Assembly (NCBI GenBank): GCA_038851215.1
Contig: JAWCLD010000002.1
Span: 1 to 41,124 of the forward strand
DNA: 41,124 nt
From: Candidatus Nanoarchaeia archaeon
GTDB lineage: Archaea > Nanobdellota > Nanobdellia > UBA10117
Reading direction: 5' to 3'
Positions 15,261-22,693 of this stretch are shown here, piece after piece. How positions within the stretch are numbered: position 1 is the first letter of the stretch; each line of letters opens with the position of its first letter. Both the position numbers and the translations under genes were made by a program. The notes beneath the pieces are model-generated. The model was not told where the DNA came from. It saw only the letters and a list, made by a program, of their open reading frames with translations, and ran no database searches.

Positions 15261-16063
15261 TGCTTAAAAGTCGAGGGTCAGCAGATTTGTTGTTGGAAAT
15301 AGTAATAAGTACTATAATATTTTTTATTGTCGTTATTGTTCTCTTCGGGATAAGGCTTCCACAGCTTGAGTATCGAGCCCACGCAACAGTCTACTCTGTA
15401 GATTCAGCATTAGTTTGCAGCACCACACTGACAAATTTGCTGCGGACTGAAGAAAATGGCATACCAATATCAGAATTTTTATCTAGAGGCAGCTATGATG
15501 ATTTCAATAAGACTGTAACAAAACTTCTTGACAGCGTATTTACTGAAAGTGGTGGGTGGGATCTTGCCATTGTATTACCAAATGGAACTTCAATCTTAAA
15601 CATTCCGAAGTTAAAAGCTACTAGCTATGCCCCTTGTAAGGCTTTCGTACCTTTTAACACTACATATACGCAAACAAGCTGTTTGTGGTCTAAAACTTTG
15701 CATGACATACAGCATAACAACGATATAAGTTTCGAATCGCCGGACGGTAAAATAGTTTGCACTATTATAAACGATGGTACGCAGTTTGGCGTAAGAACCG
15801 GCAGCAAAGATTGCCCACTTGACTTAAAGCCAAAAACTCTATTTGAAGAGAGTCTCCCCGCAACTATAGAGGATAGCACAGACTGTGTCAATGCTAAAAA
15901 CTGCTTAGACACAATATCTTTGCCATTAAACATAAAAGGTATACAATATGAGCTAACGCTTACAGAAACAAGCGAAGAAAAGGCCGACGTGACTCTTGCT
16001 AGAGCGCCACTGATCGATAATTGCGGCTTAACCGTTATGTTAAAAATAGGAGGTCTTCAATGA
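15257..16063 (+). CDS. prepilin-like protein, 268 aa
   Basis: ATGA overlap with the previous gene. N-terminus MMLKSRG|SADLLLEIVISTIIFFIVVIVLFG. Confidence 0.6.
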   Translation: MMLKSRGSADLLLEIVISTIIFFIVVIVLFGIRLPQLEYRAHATVYSVDSALVCSTTLTNLLRTEENGIPISEFLSRGSYDDFNKTVTKLLDSVFTESGGWDLAIVLPNGTSILNIPKLKATSYAPCKAFVPFNTTYTQTSCLWSKTLHDIQHNNDISFESPDGKIVCTIINDGTQFGVRTGSKDCPLDLKPKTLFEESLPATIEDSTDCVNAKNCLDTISLPLNIKGIQYELTLTETSEEKADVTLARAPLIDNCGLTVMLKIGGLQ

Positions 16064-16833
16064 TGTCACAAAAAGGACAACTATTAGCTTTTCTCGCACT
16101 AGGAATTACGCTGGCGCTAATATTCATTAGTTTTACGTACACTAGAGAGGTATATAATTTTTCAATGTTTATCGGAAATGAAAGTGCCCATCTCATAAAC
16201 GGCTATGCCGAAACGGAAAGCGCTAAGCTTTATTTAAAAAATGCATTAAGACAAGCAGCTTACGAAGCAATTTACCAACAAACATTGGATAAAAGTTGTA
16301 ATTTTACAAAAGCTTGTAGCGATAAAGAACAACTAAAAAACTTAACAAGAGGATATTTTGAAGACTATCTTTCGATGTATATATCGAGCACCGAGCTTTT
16401 AGAGGTAACACTTCCAAATTATTTACTTGAGTTAGAAACTTGCAACAATAAAACAATAATGTTTGAAGCATTCGGCTTTTCTCAAGGTTGCATATTGAGG
16501 TCTGATTGGGCGTGGCCAGAATTGCCTTGCGAGGACCAAAATATAACTTCTTGCAATACAATAAAGTTTACAAATGGAAGGGCAAATGCCTGTGTTTGGA
16601 ACGCTACTACTAAGCTTTGTGAGGACTCAAAGCCAGCACCAGACTGCGAATCTATTACAAAAGCAGAGGATTGCAACGGTGACTGCAAATGGCAAACTTC
16701 TTACAACGAGCAAATTCATGTTTATTCACCATCAGGCTTAGCTAATTATCAGTTTGATGTCGCATCAGATGCACACTTCATTACAACAATTAATTGTGCG
16801 CAGTACGAAGCTTTTGCTGCGAAGAGAGTGTGA
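16060..16833 (+). CDS. prepilin-like Cys-rich protein, 257 aa
   Basis: ATG at 16060 is preceded by TAGGAGG (16047-16053) and overlaps the previous stop. N-terminus MMSQKG|QLLAFLALGITLALIFISF. Cys-rich C-terminal half (CEDQNITSCNT...CVWNATTKLCEDSKPAPDCESITKAEDCNGDCKW). Confidence 0.65.
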   Translation: MMSQKGQLLAFLALGITLALIFISFTYTREVYNFSMFIGNESAHLINGYAETESAKLYLKNALRQAAYEAIYQQTLDKSCNFTKACSDKEQLKNLTRGYFEDYLSMYISSTELLEVTLPNYLLELETCNNKTIMFEAFGFSQGCILRSDWAWPELPCEDQNITSCNTIKFTNGRANACVWNATTKLCEDSKPAPDCESITKAEDCNGDCKWQTSYNEQIHVYSPSGLANYQFDVASDAHFITTINCAQYEAFAAKRV

Positions 16834-16882
16834 TTAAGCACACTACGTTAAAGTTATAAGTAGCTATCTCTTTTCATTCAAA

Positions 16883-18817
16883 ATGGCTACTAAAAAAGGC
16901 TCCGCCGCTTTAACAATAATTATAATAATGGCAGTATTACTTACAATTTTTCTAATCTTTACAGGATTCGTTCGAGGAGGTTTCATGCAAGAACGCGCAC
17001 TTATCCATGAGAGCATTAAAAAGACCGGAGAAGTGCCTTGCCTTAAGGCGCCCGAGGTTAGCTTGCCGGCAATTATTTTAATCAATCCACAACAATTTCC
17101 AAGCGATGTGTTAGTGCCGATAAAAGCCACAATAAACTCAAATTGCTTCGAAAACCTTAGCATAACTTGGAATTTTGACGGCTCTCCTTTTATAGAAAGT
17201 GAATGTGCATATCCTTATACTATGGAGAATTGCTCCTTTGTCAACTATACCTTTTCCAACATCAATATTAAAGATATTTGGACTTCTCATGATATTTCTA
17301 TAGATGTATTTGGCTTGCGCTCGGGTTTTTATGCTTCCGCAGCAAGTGTTGGCTTCGTTACAGACCCGAATTTTAAATTTATGAACACGGTGATTAATAG
17401 TAATAATTTTGCTTGCATGAAGCTCGATTATACACTCAACTGGACAAAGCCGGCAGCTCCAACAATCGAATTTGAAATTAAAGATAATGGAAGGCAAAAA
17501 GTTGCAGAGAGTAGCCAAATTGCGCCTTCAAAGTCAGGCACAATTATATATCGTGCTATACCAACTGGGACACTTGATAAGAAACACAATCTTGAGTTAT
17601 CTGCAACAGTGGGCTGGCAGACAGTTAGGGCGCAGGAAGTATATAATGAACCGTCGCGCCTAATTTCAAAAGAAGATATTATAGCATTTGGCAATCCGGG
17701 TAATGTTACAATTTTTACACAAAGCTTCGACCCAAAGCAATTCAAAGCAGGAGGCTATTTCCCAGACACCACTTTAATGGATACAGATATCGCAGCTGGA
17801 GACCTGAATAACGACGGAGTTGAGGATGAGTTTGCATTTCTGCTGACTGAGGGCGGTAAGGCCGAACTTTTCATACTGTCTTACCAAAAGCTCCTGTCAG
17901 ACTTACAGCCTAACTTGGAAAAGTTTGACATAGATAGACTTAAGCAGATTTGGCCGCACTATACTTTAGACGAATTAAAAAAAATATATGAAAGTGATTT
18001 CAATAGCCCAGGCTGGAAAGCAGTGGCCGCTGGCAAAAGCGTCAAGAGCTCTGATAAAAGCAAAACAGGCAACTTAATTGTATTAGGAAACCCTGGTGAT
18101 TTAGATTTGTATAGATATCGCAGTGGATTTATCGAACAAGTAGAGAGAGGCACAGACTTTAAGGATTTTATACACCATGGTACCGGCTGGGATGCAGCTC
18201 TTAGTGATTGGCAAGACATCGCAACAGCAGACTTTGACAGAGACGGAGAAGATGAAATAATTGCTCTTCGCTCCTATTACTATACTGATGGAGTTGAATA
18301 TTCAACTCATGATTTATATGTCTTCAAGTACGGGGATTACAAAAATGTTGATAACAAAGCTCCTTATTGGCATAATTTGCCTGAAATCAAAATAAACGGC
18401 AATCCTTGGTTTGCTGTTGCAGCAGGAAATATGGACAAAACAGAATATGGAGGATATGATCCTTTAGAAATTGTAGTGTTGGGAGGAAGCAATAAGGTTG
18501 GAGACCTTTACAAAGTGCAATATTTTCCTGTCGAGAATCCTAAAGAAAATCCTTTTAGCTTACCATTACACAAACGAGATTGGCCAGATGGACCAATCTG
18601 GCTGGATGTCACGACAGTGGACTTTAATGGCGACGGCCTCGATGAGTTGGCCTTCCTCTATAAATATAATAATGATTATTATGTTTCAATCATTAATTAT
18701 ACTAATGCTCTTAAAGTTACAGATTTCGATAGCTTTACAAGACTTTCAATGAATACCGCAAAATTGGGAAAAGCCGATTGGAATTCAATTTCAGCAGGAG
18801 ATTTCACATGCCTCTAA
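16883..18817 (+). CDS. 644-aa prepilin-like protein fused to FG-GAP/VCBS-like (integrin-alpha-type beta-propeller) repeats; candidate adhesin
   Basis: N-terminus MATKKG|SAALTIIIIMAVLLTIFLIF. The C-terminal half carries repeated Ca-binding-type loops: AAGDLNNDGVEDEFAFL, ATADFDRDGEDEIIAL, TTVDFNGDGLDELAFL and the terminal ISAGDF. Confidence 0.7.
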   Translation: MATKKGSAALTIIIIMAVLLTIFLIFTGFVRGGFMQERALIHESIKKTGEVPCLKAPEVSLPAIILINPQQFPSDVLVPIKATINSNCFENLSITWNFDGSPFIESECAYPYTMENCSFVNYTFSNINIKDIWTSHDISIDVFGLRSGFYASAASVGFVTDPNFKFMNTVINSNNFACMKLDYTLNWTKPAAPTIEFEIKDNGRQKVAESSQIAPSKSGTIIYRAIPTGTLDKKHNLELSATVGWQTVRAQEVYNEPSRLISKEDIIAFGNPGNVTIFTQSFDPKQFKAGGYFPDTTLMDTDIAAGDLNNDGVEDEFAFLLTEGGKAELFILSYQKLLSDLQPNLEKFDIDRLKQIWPHYTLDELKKIYESDFNSPGWKAVAAGKSVKSSDKSKTGNLIVLGNPGDLDLYRYRSGFIEQVERGTDFKDFIHHGTGWDAALSDWQDIATADFDRDGEDEIIALRSYYYTDGVEYSTHDLYVFKYGDYKNVDNKAPYWHNLPEIKINGNPWFAVAAGNMDKTEYGGYDPLEIVVLGGSNKVGDLYKVQYFPVENPKENPFSLPLHKRDWPDGPIWLDVTTVDFNGDGLDELAFLYKYNNDYYVSIINYTNALKVTDFDSFTRLSMNTAKLGKADWNSISAGDFTCL

Positions 18818-18969
18818 AATCAAAAAGCAAAGGCTTCGAGACAATTTGGTGGACTTTAATTATCTTTGTACTTGTTATTGTGATATTTTTGCTTTTCTTT
18901 TTCTTCTTTCGTTCAGGCTTTATACATATAGAAACAAGCACCTTTAACATATTTAAGGCGGTACCTTAA
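18808..18969 (+). CDS. 53-aa mini-pilin
   Basis: MPLKSKSKG|FETIWWTLIIFVLVIVIFLLFFFFF plus a short tail. The ATG at 18808 overlaps the stop of the FG-GAP gene (18815-18817). Confidence 0.5.
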   Translation: MPLKSKSKGFETIWWTLIIFVLVIVIFLLFFFFFRSGFIHIETSTFNIFKAVP

Positions 18970-18973
18970 TACC

Positions 18974-19846
18974 ATGAAACGCGGACAAGGACAAGAAAAA
19001 CCTATAAGCTTGTTAGGGGTTAGCTTGCCGTTACTTATAATTTTTTTTATAATTGTGGCGTTTATTTTTATTCCAGATCTTGGCCAAAAAATAGTTGAAA
19101 TTTTTAATGTAAAAGTTCTAGCGCCTATTGGCATATCACCAATATCAATACCTGAGTTTGGCAAACCTGTAGCGGAGAAAGTTGGTCTTAATGCAACAAT
19201 TACCATTGTACCCGACTTACCAGCTTGCACCTTCGAAAAGCTCTTCTTTTCAGCGCTAAATTCGCACCTGCCGACAGGAATAGAGTGGGGCTCTGTAAGT
19301 TGCATTTGGGACTTCGATATAAGCAAAGATACTAGTAACGATGGTATCGCGGATAACGATATTGATTCGAGCCAATGCGAAGTAGCAACAGAAAATGCGA
19401 CAATAAAATCCTCGCAAACAGTTAAACTCATATTAAAAACGCAGCAAGGAGTAACGGATAGTGCAGAATCAACAATCACCACAACTTTGTTATGCGACAA
19501 GGCACAGCTGCAAAACAAAGTTGTTCCAAGTGGCGATGTGACCAGTTTAATATTAGGCAAGAACTGGACTGTTCAAAGCTTACATATTAAAATAAGACCT
19601 GAAGCTGTAGATAATATTACAAACATAACAATAAATGTTATAGGTAGTTCGGCAGCTGTAGATTACTCTTTCGAAGGTATAATTTATGATGAGTTCTTAA
19701 TTTATGATCAAAACCTTGAGGCTGCTATAAACTCTGTGCTCGAGAAATGTAAAGCAACCACTTGCAGCGTTAATTTGATATGGTCATTTGGCTCTGGTAG
19801 CGCAAGAATAATTGATGTGCACATTCCTTACACTGTAAACTTATAA
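18974..19846 (+). CDS. prepilin-like secreted protein, 290 aa, last gene of the locus
   Basis: N-terminus MKRGQG|QEKPISLLGVSLPLLIIFFIIVAFIFI. It has an Asp-rich loop DTSNDGIADNDIDSSQC and many NxS/T sequons. Confidence 0.6.
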   Translation: MKRGQGQEKPISLLGVSLPLLIIFFIIVAFIFIPDLGQKIVEIFNVKVLAPIGISPISIPEFGKPVAEKVGLNATITIVPDLPACTFEKLFFSALNSHLPTGIEWGSVSCIWDFDISKDTSNDGIADNDIDSSQCEVATENATIKSSQTVKLILKTQQGVTDSAESTITTTLLCDKAQLQNKVVPSGDVTSLILGKNWTVQSLHIKIRPEAVDNITNITINVIGSSAAVDYSFEGIIYDEFLIYDQNLEAAINSVLEKCKATTCSVNLIWSFGSGSARIIDVHIPYTVNL

Positions 19847-19872
19847 GCAAAAGTTTAGTTTCAGTAATTGTC

Positions 19873-20127
19873 TTAAAAAAATGTCTTTAAGATAAAGAAA
19901 CCAATCAGGAAGCCCAATAGCGTGCCAATTAGACTTCCATGTATAAAATCAACAATTTCTTCTCTCGCTTTAATAGAAAAGCAAAAAGGTAATTTCGTAC
20001 GGGGATCGTGCAAGCTATGTGATCTAGCCAATGCCTTGAACTTCTCTAAAAACCTTAGTATGGCCATAAATACATTTTTATAAACTGATATCTTATAAAG
20101 TTTAGCAATGTCGTTAGCTGCCATCAA
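19873..20127 (-). CDS. hypothetical small protein with a C-terminal TM helix
   Basis: 84-aa ORF ending SLIGTLLGFLIGFFILKTFF. Its first 20 nt overlap the divergent 20108 gene, so the internal Met at 20067 (MAILRF...) may be the true start. Confidence 0.35.
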   Translation of the reverse strand: MMAANDIAKLYKISVYKNVFMAILRFLEKFKALARSHSLHDPRTKLPFCFSIKAREEIVDFIHGSLIGTLLGFLIGFFILKTFF

Positions 20128-20800
20128 AAGGCCCTTTTCGGCTAGGGTTTTGCCAGGCTTGTTGCTAGTCTTATTCCCAATAATTGAATTCTTTGCTATG
20201 GGTTACAAGCTAGTCTGCGCCAGAACTGCAATGTCATTCGATTATAAACTGCCGCCTTGGAAAGCGTGGAAAGAACTTTTTGTTTTTGGTGCTGTAGCTA
20301 GAGTAATTCAAGCTCTTTGGCTAACACCAGCGATCGTCACGCTAATAGTTCTTTGGTTAAAACTTAAGAGCTTTAATGCTGCAGCGCTTCAAAGCACAAC
20401 TACAACGATATTACAACAATTCCTCGCAATTAGAAACCTCTTTGCAATTTTAATAGCACTACTAATTATAGCTGCAATTTTCGCCCCAGCATCCATACTG
20501 AACTATGTCACAGAAGGTCATTTCAGCGCAGCTTTTTCTTTTTCGATGTTAAAGAGAATGTTTAGTTTTAGGTATCTTATCGGCTTGTTAGTAGCAGGCG
20601 CTTATGTAATTTTTGTGCTAGGATTATCCTTTAGCCTTTTCTATTTCGTAGGACGAGCCCTCCAGGCCCAAAGTCCTTTTCTAATCGCAACTTTCGTATT
20701 GCCTGTAGAAGCTATTTTGCTATGGTTGCCTTTCGTAACGATTTGGACCTTATTGGGGGAAGCATGGGGCAAAGTACTACAAAAAGAATATGTTGTATAA
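20108..20800 (+). CDS. polytopic membrane protein, DUF4013-like
   Basis: 230 aa with about 6 TM segments. The N-terminal pattern FPIIEFFAMGYKLVCARTAM..YKLPPWKAWKELFVFG resembles my recollection of the archaeal DUF4013 family (P...GY...R....LP.F.DW..L...G). Confidence 0.4.
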   Translation: MSLAAIKRPFSARVLPGLLLVLFPIIEFFAMGYKLVCARTAMSFDYKLPPWKAWKELFVFGAVARVIQALWLTPAIVTLIVLWLKLKSFNAAALQSTTTTILQQFLAIRNLFAILIALLIIAAIFAPASILNYVTEGHFSAAFSFSMLKRMFSFRYLIGLLVAGAYVIFVLGLSFSLFYFVGRALQAQSPFLIATFVLPVEAILLWLPFVTIWTLLGEAWGKVLQKEYVV

Positions 20801-20828
20801 GCAATTGCCAATAAATTTAGAAATCGCA

Positions 20829-21056
20829 CTATGTTACAATCAGTGTTGAAGTTTGCTTAACACCTTTTATACTCCTAATATTTTCAAGGATAAAGTTGCC
20901 GAGTTGTGAAATCTCATCAACTTTTAACTTCACAATAATGTCCCATTCACCATAAATCAATTCTGCCTCTTCAATTTCATCGAATTCTAATAAATCGTCT
21001 ATAATTTCTTTTTCCATACCAGAATCTGAACGTATCAGAACGTAGGCGGATGGCAT
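20829..21056 (-). CDS. stand-alone Lrp/AsnC-type ligand-binding (RAM) domain protein
   Basis: 75 aa. AYVLIRSDSGMEKEIIDDLLEFDEIEEAELIYGEWDIIVKLKVDEISQLGNFILENIRSIKGVKQTSTLIV matches the AsnC_trans_reg beta-alpha-beta-beta-alpha-beta pattern. There is no HTH domain. Confidence 0.7.
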   Translation of the reverse strand: MPSAYVLIRSDSGMEKEIIDDLLEFDEIEEAELIYGEWDIIVKLKVDEISQLGNFILENIRSIKGVKQTSTLIVT

Positions 21057-21124
21057 GGCTAAAAGGGTAGCTCTAATTATTTAAAGGTTTTTAATGTCAG
21101 AAATTTAAAGCTAACTTATACAAA

Positions 21125-21997
21125 ATGCCAACAAATGTAGGGCCAAAATATCTTGCTGCCGAGAAGAAATATTACGAGGCTAGAACTGAGAAGGAAAAAC
21201 TAACTGCACTGAAAGAAATGCTCGCGACTGTTCCAAAGCACAAAGGAACCGAACGGCTGCAGCTACAAATTAAAAGGAAAATAGCGGAGCTTCAAAAAGA
21301 GATCGAAAAAGAAAAGAAGGCAGGTAAGAAAAAATCTTTTACAATTAAGAAAGAAGGTGCTGCAACTGTTGCCTTTATTGGTGTTTTAAATTCAGGTAAG
21401 ACACGGTTGTTTTGCAAATTAACTGGTGATAATTATGAAGGTGAAAACAACTATGAAATCAAAATGCGTATGATACCATTTGAAAATATATGGTTGCAAG
21501 GTTTAGACTTGCCTGCTTTTCATGCAAATTTCGCAAATTCAACAATAGCTGGGCAAGTTTTTAATCTTATCAGAAACTCAGATGTTATAGTAATAGTTGC
21601 AAATGACGAAAAAGAAATACAATTTTTACAATCTATTTTGGAGAAAGCAAATATCAAAATAAGCCAAAAGAAAATGCAAACATTTGAAAAGACTGAACTC
21701 CCAGCTATTGCAACGATGTCTGATATTGTTGATACAGAACAGTTTAAACAGCAGATCTGGATGAAAGCAGGCAAGATACGAGTGCAGACAAAGACTTCAG
21801 AAAAAATCGCTGAAAAGCCAATTGTGTTGAAAGAAGGTGCAACTGTGCGGGATTTAGCAACTGCTATACACCAAGATTTTGTAAGAAATTTCAAGTATGC
21901 GAAAGTTTGGGGCAAATCTGCTAAATTTCCTGGCCAAGCTCTAGGCATGAGCCATAAGCTTTTAGATAAAGATATTGTAGAAATATTTACAAAATGA
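21125..21997 (+). CDS. DRG/Obg-family GTPase-like protein with a C-terminal TGS domain (shortened, degenerate G motifs)
   Basis: 290 aa with KKEGAATVAFIGVLNSGKTRLFCKLTG (G1), LQGLDLPAF (G3 DxxG changed to DLPA) and the C-terminal TGS-like GATVRDLATAIHQDFVRNFKYAKVWGKSAKFPGQALGMSHKLLDKDIVEI. Confidence 0.65.
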   Translation: MPTNVGPKYLAAEKKYYEARTEKEKLTALKEMLATVPKHKGTERLQLQIKRKIAELQKEIEKEKKAGKKKSFTIKKEGAATVAFIGVLNSGKTRLFCKLTGDNYEGENNYEIKMRMIPFENIWLQGLDLPAFHANFANSTIAGQVFNLIRNSDVIVIVANDEKEIQFLQSILEKANIKISQKKMQTFEKTELPAIATMSDIVDTEQFKQQIWMKAGKIRVQTKTSEKIAEKPIVLKEGATVRDLATAIHQDFVRNFKYAKVWGKSAKFPGQALGMSHKLLDKDIVEIFTK

Positions 21998-22365
21998 GAT
22001 CTAAAGGTTCGGCGGCTGAAAGAGAACTTTTGACTATGCTATGGGGTTGCAACTTCGCCGCTATTAGAGCTGCTGGAAGTGGCGTGCAGAAATTTTATTG
22101 CCCTGATGTGCTTGCATCAAACGGAAATCGCGTCATTGCAATAGAATGCAAATCAACAAAGCACAAGTACCAATATTTCGAGCCAGAACAAATAAGACAG
22201 TTGTTAGAATTTGCTAAAATGTTCAAAGCAGAAGCTTGGCTGGCTGTCAAATTTTCAACAAATTGGAAATTCTTTAGACCTGAGGATTTAAAGCCGACAG
22301 GAAAAGCACTTGTTGTAACAGCCAAGGACAATGCAAAACTTTTTTCAGATATTACTTGTGCTTGA
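21994..22365 (+). CDS. hjc: archaeal Holliday junction resolvase Hjc
   Basis: 123 aa with KGSAAERELLTML, PDVLA and IAIECKS, the Hjc nuclease-fold signature (E...PD...E-x-K). ATGA overlap with the GTPase gene. Confidence 0.8.
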   Translation: MRSKGSAAERELLTMLWGCNFAAIRAAGSGVQKFYCPDVLASNGNRVIAIECKSTKHKYQYFEPEQIRQLLEFAKMFKAEAWLAVKFSTNWKFFRPEDLKPTGKALVVTAKDNAKLFSDITCA

Positions 22366-22681
22366 AGGAATGTTCGAACTTGATTTTAAATCTCTCACGC
22401 AATCTCGACAATTCTCTTTTGAATGTTGTTCTGTAGTAAATAAAAAAGCCAAACAAGATTATTGCAACTTTTAGTGGCAGAGTCACTATTAATAAAATGC
22501 TAAGTGGCGCGCCTTTCAGCGTTGTGTATGCCAAATACATAAGCCAACCTAATATCCCTATAAAAAGTACTGACCAAATTAAACTTAAATGCTGTAGAAC
22601 TAGTGCTATCGGTTTATAATAGTGTAGCGAAATTGGCCTAGCAATGTGATGATGTAATGTAAAATTTCTAATAGTAGCCAT
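22352..22681 (-). CDS. hypothetical membrane protein
   Basis: 109 aa with 2-3 hydrophobic segments and a basic C-terminus. Its 3' end overlaps the hjc 3' end by 14 nt (convergent). Confidence 0.4.
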   Translation of the reverse strand: MATIRNFTLHHHIARPISLHYYKPIALVLQHLSLIWSVLFIGILGWLMYLAYTTLKGAPLSILLIVTLPLKVAIILFGFFIYYRTTFKRELSRLRERFKIKFEHSFKHK

Positions 22682-22693
22682 ATTTTCTTATTT

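Noticed and set aside
18880-18912. Pyrimidine-rich run (ttttgcttttctttttcttctttcgttc) as a possible regulatory or slippery repeat
   Set aside because: It lies in-frame within the mini-pilin hydrophobic helix and simply encodes LLFFFFF. There is no evidence of frameshifting or length variation from a single sequence.
187-19846. Interpretation of the locus as an archaellum (fla/arl) operon
   Set aside because: I see no FlaH (KaiC-like ATPase) and no FlaF/FlaG, FlaC/D/E or FlaX-like proteins. None of the pilin-like products has the size or conserved archaellin domain pattern I would expect. The gene order (ATPase and platform first, pilins after) and the number of pilin-like genes also differ from fla operons.
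20108-20800. Candidate for the missing prepilin peptidase (polytopic, ~230 aa, next to the locus)
   Set aside because: It has only one Asp in the whole protein and no GxGD-type second catalytic motif. The N-terminal pattern looks like DUF4013 instead.
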